A stretch of DNA of 32,625 nt from contig NC_068989.1 of assembly GCF_001194135.2 (NCBI RefSeq), forward strand, positions 30,594,812 to 30,627,436, read 5' to 3'. The notes under the pieces were generated by a model. It searched no databases. It worked only from the letters and a program-made list of their open reading frames with translations, and had not been told where the DNA came from. Both the position numbers and the translations under genes were made by a program. This document shows positions 12,314 through 25,296 of the stretch, piece after piece. This stretch comes from Octopus bimaculoides (taxonomy: Eukaryota). Numbering within the stretch: the first letter of the stretch is position 1; each line of letters begins with the position of its first letter.

Positions 12314-12996
12314 CTAGCAGAGATACCCGGCGTTGCCCGCATTACATGCAATTGAAGAATGAGACTTTTCTGTTATATTTTCTGTAAGGAACTGGAATAC
12401 CTATGATTCGAATTTCATCAAAATCACACATGAGGGTCCTTTTCCTCTTTACACAGTGTAAAAAGATTCTAATCATGACACATGTATCCCATACTATTGA
12501 TCTTTATGTGCATATTCCACAATTTCAATCTTCTGGAACCTGTAAAAAGGATTTTGCTACTGAAAAATGGAGCTCATGGAGCTGTAAAATGTGGGAATGA
12601 AGGCCCCTATTGGGGGTGGGTGTGTTAATGTCAACCAGAGAAGTTGAATTGTTGGGAATGTTTTTAACTTGGGTCTTATAGTATGCTTGTATATATGTGA
12701 GAGTATAGTTTCACTTTAATAGTTTCACTATGAAATTGAAAGTATTAAAGTGAAAGTATCTGACATTACAGTAGCGACATGTTATTGTTTCACTTTTGAC
12801 ATGTAATACTGAAATAGTGGAGGAGATATGATATTGGTGTGGGCTCGAACTATGCAAGAAGTTAAAAAAAATTTGGGCCTAAGACACTACATGGACCCTA
12901 ATTAAGCCATGTGTAAGTTTGGAATGAAATTGGTTGTGTAGTTCTCGAGTTTTAGGGATTCACACAGACACACATTCTCATCTTTATATATATAGA
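12314..12996 (-). mobile_element. Complete non-autonomous Helitron (683 bp)
   Basis: 5' A|TCTATATATATAAAG at 12996; 3' GC-rich hairpin (cgggcaacgccg) then CTAG|T at 12314; A/T target without TSD. Confidence 0.88.
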
Positions 12997-13113
12997 TATA
13001 TACACACACACACCCAAACACACATATATATATGTATATCAATATAAATACATGAAAGTCAATGAAGTTTGGTAAAAGAAGGTGATCATGTACATACTTT
13101 CTTGCTGTTGTCA

Positions 13114-16100
13114 TTATAACACCTCGCTATAAACAATATTCCTTGTTTTTCCTTGTGGAGCATATGCAAATAGGTTTGTTTTGCTTCCCACTCTTGAGCA
13201 GCCAACATACAGTTGTCCATATGAGAAGCATGGCTCTTCCAAGAGAAGACCAGCTACAGAGAGGGTTTGACCCTAAGATTTGTTAATGGACATGGCAAAA
13301 GTGATACGAAGGGGGAATTGCAGTCTTCTGAATGTAAAAGGAATGTCTGCTCCTGATGGAATTCTTGGAATAAAGACGTCATCACCTTTTCCACATCCAN
13401 NNNNNNNNNCTGCTCCTGATGGAATTCTTGGAATAAAGACGTCATCACCTTTTCCACATCCAGAAAGAATGGTAGCCTCGATAACGTGTGACATCATCTT
13501 CTTTATCACGAGCCATGTTCCATTGCAAAGTCTTGGCGGTTCCAGATTGCGGAGTAGCATAACAGGCGTTCCAACTTTAAGTGATAATATGTGGGGAGGT
13601 AGTCCAGGAGGCTCCGACGAATTGAGAAATTCAGGAGGATAGTTCACCACTTCATTTGTATCTGGAACCCTATCAACAGACTTGTAAGTTTGAAGATTGC
13701 CGAGAAGAGAATGCATCAGCTGTTGATTAATTTTTGTAACAGCTACGTTTTTTGGAGCTAATATTGCTCTTTCATACAACCAATTGTGATTTAAGTAGTT
13801 TTCTTTGAAGTTGGGAAAGACTTTGTGTTTGAGGTCATCTACAGAATTAACAACAGAGCAAAATGGCCATACTTCCATTTCTCCTGCATCGTCGAGAGGC
13901 ACCTTGCCATCACCAATTGTCAAAATGTCCTGTGCAAACTTTTTAGACATTTGGTCGCCGTGTAGCTGAGCTCTCATGTTAAGACTGAGGATGGTAACAT
14001 GATGCCACAGGGTAGAGGACTTTAGGCATGCTTGGACCTCATCTGCTCTAGTGCCTTTCAGAATGACAGGAAGAGTTTGCCTGAAATCACCTGACAACAG
14101 AAGCGTAACACCTCTATCTAATGCTTCCAAAGCTCTCTTGTGATCCATGGTTCATTCATCCCAGACAATTAGATGACACGTTTGAAGTACCTGCCCCTGA
14201 TCTGAGCTTTTGGTGATATTGCATGAAAGCATGTCGGATGCTGCTAAATTGAGAGGAAGTTTGAAAGTCGAGTGTGCTGTCCTGCCACCGGGTAACAAAG
14301 TAGCTGCAATCTCAGAGGAAGCCACAGCTACTGCAATGTCCTGATGCTGCCTAACTTCTGCAAGGAGAAGCTTTGTTATAAATGTTTTTCCTGTCCCTCC
14401 AGGAGCATCAAGGAAGAAGATTCACCCCTCACGTTGGTGTACACTGTTAATAATAGTTGTGTAGGCCCGCAGCTGGTCCAGAAGTAATTTATGCTTGTTT
14501 TCAGCAATGTACTTTGAAAGTGCTTGAGTGTCGTAAGATGTTTTTCATGAATGACAACATTGGGAAGGCTATTTGACACTGACCTGAATGTTTGTGGCAG
14601 GCCATTTGTGGACAATTCATTACCACCCAGTGTGACAATTCTGTCTTCAATGTCAATGAGAGTTTTGTTGTAGACTTCATTGCTGATACCCTCCATGTCA
14701 GGATAGAGCCATTGAGCTTGCCGCTGAAAGTCTTCAGCCAGGTTGTCCCTGTACTTGAGCCATAGAGTTGCAGGATCACACAGTTCGCATGTCTGTAGTA
14801 ATACTGCAAATAGTGCCCTGAGACTTTTAGGTGATTGTGATAAAGCAGCCCCTCCCAAAGTTGCATCCCATTGTGCACCATCTTCTAACAGTCCTTATCG
14901 AAAGCAGGCTTCTCTGTATGTTGTGCAGACATGTCCATGAACGGTTCTTAGGGCCTGGAAACACGTGGGGCCTCTGACCTCATGCAGTAGTAGGCAGAGG
15001 TAGAAACACTCTTGTTGAGTGGGATGTATTGTGTATACTCAGCCAAAGCAAGTGTCAAACTTAATGCCAGGGTAGCCATGAACATTTTGACCTGCTTTCC
15101 TTGGAGTCCATTGTTTTCCATTCCAAGTGTAGTACGATGGAATCTGTGGATACAGTAAGGTTTGAGCGAATGGATCCACTTGACAGAGCTTGAAGAATGC
15201 AGTGAGTGTGCTATTCCTTGGTTGCTCTGCCAACAGAGAAGCATTAGCATCGGTGAAGTACACTCTTTGACCGTTTATCAAGTGCACTGCAAGCTGTTGA
15301 ATGGCAAGGTGTCGTTGGTGAAGTGGAAAACCAAAGATGCGCCAGAAAGCCTCGTTGCTACTTATGTAGCGTCCCACCTGATAGTGCGTCACTTCATCTT
15401 GGCAGTATTGTTGTTGAAGTGCAAACACTGCAGCGTCAGAACCCTTGTTCACACACTTGCAAACATACTTGATGGACTTAACGGAGTTGCAAAACTCAAT
15501 GTTAATGTGGGCATTGAAAATCTTTGACATGAGTGGGCAGTAGGGAATAATCCATCTATTATCAACCTCGTGCTGTCCGATAGTTGCTGTGACACTGCCG
15601 TCTTGTGGTTTTCTCCGTCTGTATGATGGATACCCATCAGCACCTGTCTGAGTTTGTTGTAGGAACTTCTTTGGAAACTTTTTTGAACATACGCTGTCTT
15701 TCAAATATGGTGAGTTAATGTTGAATCCAAGCCCACATGGACCATGCACCATGTTTGCTTTAACTATGTCGATAGTACTTTGTCTAAAGCTGGATCAGGA
15801 AGTTCTGCAGAGATTATGTTGTCAATGTCAGTTGATTTGATCTTCGTTGAGAGCCAAAGCAGGATATGAGCATGTGGAAGGCCCCTTTTTTGCCATTCGA
15901 TTGTGTACATGTCACATTGTATGGGTTCGACGATTTGCCCTTTTTTTAGGAGGTCCATGAGAGTAATTAATTTCAGATGGAAAACTCGGGCGAGGAGGTC
16001 GTGCCTGTCTTTAGGCTTTTGACGGAAGAAGAGTTCGGCCTGAATCTCCTTCCACTTGGGATTGCATGTGAAAGTGATGAATAAATCAGGCCTGCCGTAA

Positions 16101-18167
16101 TGGCGGACAAAGGTCATTGCATCCTGTGTTCTTTCTTGCATATATCGAGGACTTTCAGTGAACGTGGAAGGCAAAGTCTTCCTATGCTTGTTGGAGCAGC
16201 ATCATTGTTGATGGCATCTCGGAGATGGATGTAGCTGTCAGAGAGCAATTTTTGTTGATGTGATCTGATGAAACACAATCTCTCTGATTCCATTTTTGCG
16301 CACATATCAACTGCAAATTGATGAAACAGATCTCAAGACTGGTGGAGGTAATTACAGGAGTTGTTTCGTGTCATAAATCGGTATGAGTAGAAGTCCATGC
16401 AGGATACTGGCTTGTTGAGATATTCATTACGATTTTGTGGATGTTGCTGTGGTATACCGATGTGGTAGCTATCCTCACCGTAAACAAACAGAAGTAGATA
16501 CTGAAGTGTATCGTATGATCGGTGTGTTTCTGTAATTCGTTGGAGGGTGGTGTCACGTTGCCTAAGGACAATGTCTCTGGGATTGTGCTGTTCACCGTGA
16601 AGGAATACAGCTATTTCATTGCACGTGGGTGCATTGTAACGGCCTGCATGTTCTGTAGATGGTCTTTTCTGAGCATCTATGATAACATTGAAATTAGAAG
16701 AAGCTTTTGTTTCCAAGGCATACTTGAAGCTGCGTACGTAGCTGTTTGTCTGGTGCAAAAGGTCTTGTAGTTGCATTATCAATTAAAATTTAGTGGCTTG
16801 TTCATGTAAATTACCTACAAAGTACAGTTGAAGGAATTGAGGATCTTTATTTTCAGCAGGTTCGAGTGATCCTATCCTATGGTAAACTTGTTCCTGCACT
16901 TTGAAAGTTGGCATAAACCCACCTTCTTGAACAACATTAGTGCCGAAAGATGTCATTTGGAATGCACAGTTATACTTGCGGATGTTATTTAGGAAATGTT
17001 TCGACTCTGTATTTGTGCCAGCGTAGAGTGACTTTAACAACTGTAGTGGATCCTGCAGCGGAGTGGGGCTAACTTTTCCATTAGCATAACACATAGCAGG
17101 AATTTCTCTGGATCACTTATTAGCATTGCAGAAAGAGCAAGTGGACATATCTCCAATTTTTATCGCTGGGTGGCAATCATAATGAAGGTTAGGGTTGTAG
17201 CTGAAAGCCTTCAATAACCATCGCGAGCTGCATGGCGTTGAAAATCCTCGTCTATGAGCTCTTTGTTGAATGGAACTCTGCAGCATAGAATGTCTCTGTT
17301 GTAATGAGTGGGAAGATCGCACAGCAGCCATGTTGGCAGCATTCCTGAGCAGGCATGTAGTGCATTCGTTTTTCTTCTCTGCAGCTCGTGCAGCAGCAGT
17401 TGAGGTAGCATTAGCACTTCGTTGAATTTGACACTGGTGTTGAGTCTCTGCAGCTCGTGCAGCAGCAGTTGAGACAGCATTAGCACTTTGTTGAATTTGA
17501 CGCTGGTGTTGAGTCTCTGCAGCTCGTGCAGCAGCAGTTGAGGCAGCATTTNNNNNNNNNNNNNNNNNNNNNNNNNNNNNNNNNNNNNNNNNNNNNNNNN
17601 NNNNNNNNNNNNNNNNNNNNNNNNNNNNNNNNNNNNNNNNNNNNNNNNNNNNNNNNNNNNNNNNNNNNNNNNNNNNNNNNNNNNNNNNNNNNNNNNNNNN
17701 NNNNNNNNNNNNNNNNNNNNNNNNNNNNNNNNNNNNNNNNNNNNNNNNNNNNNNNNNNNNNNNNNNNNNNNNNNNNNNNNNNNNNNNNNNNNNNNNNNNN
17801 NNNNNNNNNNNNNNNNNNNNNNNNNNNNNNNNNNNNNNNNNNNNNNNNNNNNNNNNNNNNNNNNNNNNNNNNNNNNNNNNNNNNNNNNNNNNNNNNNNNN
17901 NNNNNNNNNNNNNNNNNNNNNNNNNNNNNNNNNNNNNNNNNNNNNNNNNNNNNNNNNNNNNNNNNNNNNNNNNNNNNNNNNNNNNNNNNNNNNNNNNNNN
18001 NNNNNNNNNNNNNNNNNNNNNNACAGCATTAGCACTTTGTTGAATTTGACGCTGGTGTTGAGTCTCTGCAGCTCGTGCAGCAGCAGTTGAGGTAGCATTA
18101 GCACTTTGTTGAATTTGACGCTGGTGTTGAGTCTCTGCAGCTCGTGCAGCAGCAGTTGAGGCAGCAT
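13114..18167 (-). pseudogene. Helitron RepHel (HUH Rep + Pif1/SF1B helicase), inactivated by stops and frameshifts
   Basis: Zn-finger-like TCSFCNANK...AMCYANGKV; Rep DLFITFTCNP, EWQKRGLPHAHIL, MVHGPCG, KSIKYVCKCVNKG, GRYISSNEAFWRI; helicase DAPGGTGKTF, GGRTAHSTFKLP, GDFRQTLP, FAMSINKS*GQT, GQLYVGCSRV, NIVYSEVL* (stop 13114-13116). Confidence 0.95.
17380..18167 (-). repeat. 69-bp tandem repeat encoding STAAARAAETQHQRQIQQSANAA, spanning an N gap
   Basis: Period 69 (gag at 17402 and 17471); this frame is continuous with the MAAVRSS...TCSFC ORF at 17113-17331. Confidence 0.9.
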
Positions 18168-18174
18168 TTTATAA

Positions 18175-18494
18175 AGAGATTTTATAAAGTTCATAAGGTT
18201 AAGTCAAAAATATCCGAATATAAAAATATAAAAACCGTAAAAACATACATATGTATATATATATACATACTTTAACATATACATAGATATACATAAATAA
18301 ACATAAATACATAAATACATATATGTACATTTAAATGTACATACACAAATGTCCACACAAATGAATCAGTTATCATTGTTATTATACATGAGGAGGACAC
18401 ATATATATACCCACCCACACATACATACATACGGTTTTTATATTTTTATATTTGGATATTTTTAACTTAACCTTATGAACTTTATAAAATCTCT
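18175..18494. repeat. 64-bp inverted repeat pair (18175-18238 / 18431-18494) around a 192-bp AT/CA-rich spacer
   Basis: Manual alignment gives 62/64 identity. Confidence 0.9.
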
Positions 18495-18818
18495 GGAGAG
18501 GCCTAGAGAATCATCCATGTACCTATATTCCATCCATTTCATCTATTAATTACTTCAGCCTACTGGAGTTATAAAGATAGAATGAGGCATGTCACCACTA
18601 GACTGAAACAGCTCTAAGTCATTATCCCATTTTCTGTCACTATATGTCATTTTTAATTACTGATATGACATAATATGTCACATGTGTTTGTATACTGTTA
18701 TTATTGTCCTTTTAGTAAACAAATAAACAAGTAAATTGACACAATACAATGTCTGCAAGTTGATGAATACCACCTATTCCCCTCCATTTTCTTATTGCTA
18801 TATATATATATATATATA

Positions 18819-19447
18819 CCCGTCAGAGTGTAAGTATCTTGAGAGAAAAGCTGAACATTAGAAGCATCAGTTGTGGCATGCAAGAGAGACGATTGCGCTG
18901 GTATGGACATGTGGTGAGAATGGAGGAGGATAGNNNNNNNNNNNNNNNNNNNNNNNNNNNNNNNNNNNNNNNNNNNNNNNNNNNNNNNNNNNNNNNNNNN
19001 NNNNNNNNNNNNNNNNNNNNNNNNNNNNNNNNNNNNNNNNNNNNNNNNNNNNNNNNNNNNNNNNNNNNNNNNNNNNNNNNNNNNNNNNNNNNNNNNNNNN
19101 NNNNNNNNNNNNNNNNNNNNNNNNNNNNNNNNNNNNNNNNNNNNNNNNNNNNNNNNNNNNNNNNNNNNNNNNNNNNNNNNNNNNNNNNNNNNNNNNNNNN
19201 NNNNNNNGTGCGGGTGGCACATAAAAGACACCATTTCGAGCGTGGCCGTTTTCATGCGGGTGACACGTAAAAGCACCCACTACACTCTCTGAGTGGTTGG
19301 CGTTAGGAAGGGCATCCAGCTGTAGAAACTCTGCCAAATCAGACTGGAGCCTGGTGTTGCCATCCGGTTTCACCAGTCCTCAGTCAAATCGTCCAACCCA
19401 TGCTAGCATGGAAAGCGGACGTTAAACGATGATGATGATGATGATGA
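18819..19447 (+). mobile_element. 5'-truncated RTE LINE next to (TA)n, with internal gap
   Basis: LREKLNIRSISCGMQERRLRWYGHVVRMEED (RTE C-terminus), 3' UTR and (GAT)n tail. Confidence 0.9.
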
Positions 19448-19901
19448 TATATATGTATATATCTGAAGCTAACTGTCATTTCCACCTATTCTCAGTTTTT
19501 CTTCATGGTCATATACATATATACCTTCAGTTGTTCATTTTATTGCACAAATATTTCACTTTCTTCAGTTGTAAGAATTACAAACTTCAGTTATTGATAA
19601 AATATTTTTATAATTTGTCACACTATATACTAAAACTAGCAGCTTGCATGAATCAGGAATTCACACTTAGTGCCTTCTGAAATACAATTTTTCATGATTC
19701 CCTTTCCATTCAGTTGGGTCAAATGTCTCACTTCCATTGGTTGGCATTACAAGAACAATCAACTCTTTGTAATGAAATACTTTTGTTTACAAAACTAGTT
19801 TCCACAAAATATTTCAATTCCTTTGGTTGTGGCTATAAGAACAACAATTCATTTATTAATAAAATGCTTTTGTTTACAAAATGTACTTTTTGTTCTTATT
19901 C

Positions 19902-20681
19902 TGTTAGGATGTTCAGAAGGTACTGTCCAAATTTTTGAAAGCACTTTTTCAAATTCAATTTAAGATGTTATTTTTGTAGTGCTTTAGATGAAATTTTACA
20001 TGCTTAATAATTGTTGTGTACTCTTTAATAAATTGTTATTGATTTCTTTTAGAATATAACTTTGGAGCATAGAAACCTTTAATTTCAAACATGTAAAAAG
20101 AAATGCATTCACTTTTTTTTTGCATGAATTCAAGCTTTGACATAATGCTTCACAAACAGCTGTCAATATCAACAGTACAATGGGGATTTGAGAGATTTCA
20201 TAGTGGGGATGAAAACCTTGAAGATCAAGAAGGCAGAGAACATCCATCCACCCTTGATGATCAGCATTTGAAAACAACAAAGTGTCAGAGAATTGTTTCA
20301 TATCCTTGGTGTCTGTAAGAAACTAGAAAAAATGCATGTTTACTTGATCAAAATGAGACCAGCATGAGATCAATGTGGGCCAATTCTGCTCCGCAACAAC
20401 GTTCAACCACACATTTCCAGTATGATTCTGCAGACGTTCATAGACTTGGGGTGAGACTTTACCACATTCTCCATATTTCCATGAACTGAATTCAAGGATT
20501 TCTTGGCATTAAAACCTTGTCTTTTTATCAATGAGGCATTAATAACCTTGTTAATCGATTGGAGAAATGCATAGCTGTTCAGTGATCGTATTTTGCATAA
20601 TTCAACCTGTGTATAAGTGCAGTTTTTTAAGAATATAGGCTTATTTTTAAAACTGGTCATTATTTTCTGAACAACCTAATA
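19902..20681 (+). mobile_element. Internally deleted mariner element
   Basis: TIRs ttaggatgttcagaa (19904-19918) and ttctgaacaacctaa+TA (to 20681), 14/15 match; peptides HEFKL.HNASQTA, FERFHSGDENLEDQEGREHPSTLDD, and ETLPHSPYFHEL (decayed YSPDL). Confidence 0.85.
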
Positions 20682-21169
20682 CATTTTACTACATTGTATC
20701 TCTTCTCAGATTGCAAATCCACAGGCATATCCTACAAATATCAGATACATAATCCACAAATGACAACACCATGTCATTGGACAGCACTATGTTGTATCTT
20801 CATTTATTCAATTACTGTACACAATATAAATATACACACATATCATAAACACAGTTTATTAGATGGATCAACAATATGTAGCCAAATAATTACAGCGACA
20901 CTTTATAATGTGAATATACATGATGACAATCCTGAAAAATTTAATGTATTTAAGTAAACTCTTGTGAATTCAGCCTTCATCATGACACAGAAACTGTTGT
21001 AGGTTGTAGTATTTGTGATTGATGAGATCAATATTGATGATTTTAGGTGCTTTAACAGCAGTCTTTGAATAAGACATCTGAAGAAGTGAATGGACTACAG
21101 GAATATTATGTATTTCCATATATCATGGCATGTATTACAAGAAGACATGAGACAAGGTGATGAAATATG

Positions 21170-21530
21170 ATCATGGAGGCAATAACAAGTGACCGAGACT
21201 TATGGCAATATGCTGTACTTGAGAAGACACATCAAGCTAAGTGAAATTGTTGTCATATCCAGTGCCAGTGACATGTAAAAGGCACCCATGGTCAGTGACA
21301 TGTAACAGGACTCATGCTGGTGACATGTAAAAGACACCCAGTACACTCTGTAAAGTGGTTGGCATTAGGAAGGGCATCCAGCCATAGAAACCAAGCCAAA
21401 CCAAATGCTTGAAGCCTGGTGCAGCTCTCTGGCATACCAGCTCTGGTCAAACCATCTAACCAATGTTAGATGGAAAATAAACATTAAATGATGATGATGG
21501 AAAACGAACATTAAATGATGATGATGATAC
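21170..21530 (+). mobile_element. RTE 3' end (last codons plus 3' UTR, duplicated (GAT)n tail)
   Basis: SDRDLWQYAVLEKT, gtggttggcattaggaagggcatccag, taaatgatgatg twice. Confidence 0.8.
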
Positions 21531-21534
21531 ATTA

Positions 21535-22460
21535 GGCAATTAAGGATTTGAAGTCAAGGAAGGCTCCTGATCTATCAGGAATTACTACCGAAATGCTTAA
21601 AATGTGTGGCAGAGTAGGATAAGCCCTAGTTACCATTTAGTTAATCAGGTTATAGAAGAAGATATCATATCCAATGACTGGTGAAGCAGGATTACAGTCA
21701 GCTGCTGCACGGGTAAAGGAAATGCCTCACACAGAAGTAATTACAGAGACATCAAGTTGCTGGGCCACATCATAAGAGTTACAGAAAGCTGAACTAGTTA
21801 GGAACAGAATTAGACTAGATGAAATGCAGTTTGTTTTTGTGCCAGAGAGAAGTACCATCTTAGACAATTGCAGAAGTATTTAGGTAAGAGTAAATCACTA
21901 AGAGTAAATGCTGACCTGGAGAAAGCCTTCAATAGAGTTCCTTGTTCCATGAGGAAGTTGGGTGTAGACAAATGACTAGTGAAACCCATACATGCTATGT
22001 ACAGGGGTGCTATCAGTAAGATGAGAGTTAGCCATGTGTTCAGTGATGAATTTTAGAGTAAAGGTAGGAGTTCACCAAATTTTGATTCTCAATCCCCTCC
22101 TATTCACCATTGTCCTTCAGGCCATAAAAGAGAAATTTAAGACCAGCTGCCCTTGATGATCTCATTTTCTTAGTGGAATCTGTAATAGAAATTTTTTTTC
22201 CAGGTGTGGAAGCAAAACCTGGAATCAAAGGGCCTTAAAGTTAATTTAGAAAAGACCAAAGTTCTAGTAAGCAGGAAAACAGACAGGACTCTACTTCTAT
22301 CAGGAAAATGGCACTGCATGATATGAAGGAAAATCATAGGCAGGAATTTCATGATATACCTAGTGCAAGCTATGGACACACAAGAGATGTGGTGGAAACA
22401 CAGGAAGGTTAACAGAGAAAGTAGTTCTTGTGCATGGCCGATGCATATATACAATAAGCA
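21535..22460 (+). mobile_element. Degraded RTE RT fragment with PHD-like insert
   Basis: DEMQF, DLEKAFNRVP, GVHQ...PLLF, KGLKVNLEKTKVL, CKLWTHKRC. Confidence 0.85.
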
Positions 22461-22479
22461 CTAAGAACTTTTGATTCAA

Positions 22480-24890
22480 CCAAAGAAAAACTATTTCTAG
22501 TATGCTCTCATGCACTGCTGCAGTGTATCTATCACATATGCAGCATATATTCTCAGATATTCTAACTGTGATTCTACTATATCTCTTGTATTCTTATGAC
22601 TTACATTGGGAATAGTGTACAGAGTTTATATCTACTCCTTTTCTGCATATTAAACAAGGCCATTTTTCTAAAGATACTTGGGTCCTGTCATCTTTCCTAC
22701 CTACTAAAACTTTCATTTTTGCTAGGGTTACCTTACACTCTCACAATTCTGGGTTTAGTTTCAATGCATGGAATTTCCCTTCTAATTCCCCTATAGATTC
22801 AGCTGTGATCAGTGGATAGGAGTTCCCATGAACAGTCAGTTTTAAACTCCTCTGAAATGGCCTGTAATACCATAATGAATAGGAGAGGTCTGAACCATGA
22901 TGGACTCTCTTCATGTAAAATTTGTCACTGAAATTACTGTCAACTCTCAGTTTACTTAATGCATCTTTGTACATAGCTTGTACAGCCCTCACAAGCCATT
23001 CTTCACCATCTAGTTTCCTAATTAGAACTCCAAATCATTCAGAGCCAGAAATAACAGTTTATTCTTAGTGAAGTATTTCTCCTGCAGTTGTCTCACAGGG
23101 AAGATTGCATCTGTAGTACCTCTTCAAGTACAAAGCTAAACTGCATCTGATCTTGACCTACTCTGGCATGGATCAATTATACTAGAACTCTCTCTGTTAT
23201 CTTGAGAACCTGATTTAGTAGTTTGATTTCTCTATAACTATTCCTTTCAAAGTCCTTGTAACAATTTACGATGACATTGATATGCCACTCATTAGGTATA
23301 ACACCTTCTTGTATGACTTGATTAACTATCTAGGAGGTAATTTTCTAAATTACCTGATCAAATATTTTAAGCATTTTCACATCTATCATTGATGGACCCA
23401 CAAATTTTTTCTCTTCTTGTCTTTGATCAACTTATCTACCACACTGCTGTCAGCTTGAATTGCTGATCATTCTGTTAGGTCAGTATGAGGTGATCCCTGC
23501 TTATCTCATGTATTTCCATATTCAGCAGTCTTTCATAATAGCACTTCCATGCTTGTTTCTTTTGGAATGCAATGGAATACAATTCTCTACACTCTTGGAG
23601 TGGTTGGCATTAGGAAGGGCATCCAGCTGTAGAAACACTGCCAGATCAGATTGGGGCCTGGTGCAGCCTCCTGGCTTCTCAGACCCCAGTCGAGCCATCC
23701 AACCCATGCCAGCATGGAAAACGGACGTTAAATGATGATGATGATGATAACAATGACGACGACGACATCTCGGTTCTCTCTCACACATTATCTCAAAGTC
23801 CTGAACATTTTATGCCTCTAATCCTCACACTACTGGGCAGATGCAAATCTTTCTTACAACTTCCCCTTTAGCCAAATACACCTATACACCTGTTGCTTAG
23901 ATGTCCTTCTAGCCATTAGGTAATGCTCTCTATTACCACCTTCCTTCCAGGTTTTCTAAGCCTGTCTCTTAGCTTTAATGCTCTATCAACTTATTTCCCT
24001 ACCATATCACTTTTCTCCAGCCATATCTCTGATGTGTAGCCTGATGTGTAGCAGGTTATTTCAAACAAATTCTCAGTTGTCATCTATGCTATACATATAT
24101 AAATCTTCCTTCCTAGAGTCATTTGCATCACTTAGAAATTCTCTAAATCTATTCTTCATTGTGGGATCATTTAGTTTCCATACCCCTCTTCTCCATGCAA
24201 TCTTTTCTGTGTCTGCTTATCTCTGACACTGACGACTATCCTATGTTGCATTTTACAATTTTGAATAGGAAAGGTTTTGATGTTCACAACAGTTCTTCTG
24301 TCCCATCTCCTGGTGAGTATATAATCTATCTGACTTGTGAGTTTAACAGATTGGTAGGTGATGAGGTTGTTGACTGGTTTCTTAAAGTGTGTGCGTGTGT
24401 GCTGTAAAATGTTAGATCAGTTGCATCACAAAACTCCAGGAGCCTTACACTATGCCAATCATTTCTTAGTAATAACCATAGTCTCCATTTATGTCATGGA
24501 AGCCTTCAATGTGTTGGCTAAATTGGCCACTGAGTTTACCAGCTATAATATTGAGGCCAGTGTCGGTTGTCATTGTGGTAATCTGTGGAAGGGCCTCATA
24601 GAAATGGTGCTTCTGTTCTACTGGCAGTCCCACCACTGAGATGTATGCTAAGATAAATGTTGCTATCGAGTTACCAATAAGTAGTCTCAATTTAATAATC
24701 ATATCACACATCTTTACTACCTCAGTTACTTCATCTACCCATCTCTCAGCAAACAGTATGCCTAACTCACCCCTGCTTTTACTATTGCTCACCCAGAAGA
24801 GTTTGAACTGCTGTCTAATGTGTTGAAAGCACCCTTCAATTGTTGGATGATATACTGGGCTTTGTGAAGACCTGTCGAGCTGAATGAAGT
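22480..24890 (-). mobile_element. Degraded RTE LINE (APE endonuclease + RT + PHD-like insert), interrupted at 23580-23762
   Basis: FKLFWVSNSKSRGELGILFAERWVDEV (APE), CVREN, WKCYYERLLN, EGVIPNEW, QAMYKDA, VHHGS, KWPCLICRKGV. Confidence 0.85.
23580..23762 (+). mobile_element. Short RTE-tail insertion nested in the minus-strand LINE
   Basis: ctacactcttggagtggttggcattaggaagggcatccagctgtagaaac...gacgttaaatgatgatg; LINE coding sequence resumes on both sides. Confidence 0.85.
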
Positions 24891-24894
24891 TGTC

Positions 24895-25272
24895 ATGGTT
24901 GATGCTAGTGCTGTCTGAGTGGCACCCATGCTGGTGGCATGTAAAAAACACCATTTGAGCATTGGACCTCATGGAGACAGTGACAGGTGACCAAGACCTT
25001 TGGTGATATACTGTGCTTGTGTAGACCTGTCAAACCAAGTGAGACCGTAGTCATGGACGATGCCAGTGTCAGGCAAACAGCACCAATGCTGTTTCATGTA
25101 AAAAAACACCCACTACATTTTAGGAGTGGTTGGCATTAGGAAGGGCATTCAGCTGTAGAAACCTTGCCAAATCAGAGCAGAACCTGGTGCAGCTCCTTGA
25201 CTTACCAGTTTTCAGTCAAACCATCCAACCCATGTCAGCATGCAAAATGAACGTTAAATGATGATGGTGATG
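24895..25272 (+). mobile_element. RTE 3' UTR copy
   Basis: ggtggcatgtaaaa subrepeats, gagtggttggcattaggaaggg, (GAT)n tail. Confidence 0.8.
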
Positions 25273-25296
25273 ATTATACCTCTTGCACACAGCACA

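Larger units (their letters stand above)
12314..18577 (-). mobile_element. Composite Helitron: RepHel element 5' end joined to the 3' end of the short element
   Basis: Candidate 5' A|TCTTTATAAC at 18577 (alternative TC at 18581). The only clear hairpin+CTAG is at 12314. Confidence 0.6.

Noticed and set aside
13348-13460. Apparent ~50-bp tandem duplication in the helicase
   Set aside because: Identical sequence flanks a 10-N join; a contig-overlap artefact. The same applies at 32239.
17211-18194. 327-aa MLPQLLLHELQ ORF
   Set aside because: Alternative frame of the 69-bp repeat spanning an N gap; not continuous with Rep motifs.
20340-20510. Protein-like minus frame QEILEFSSWKYGECGKVSPQ...
   Set aside because: Antisense of the mariner transposase remnant.
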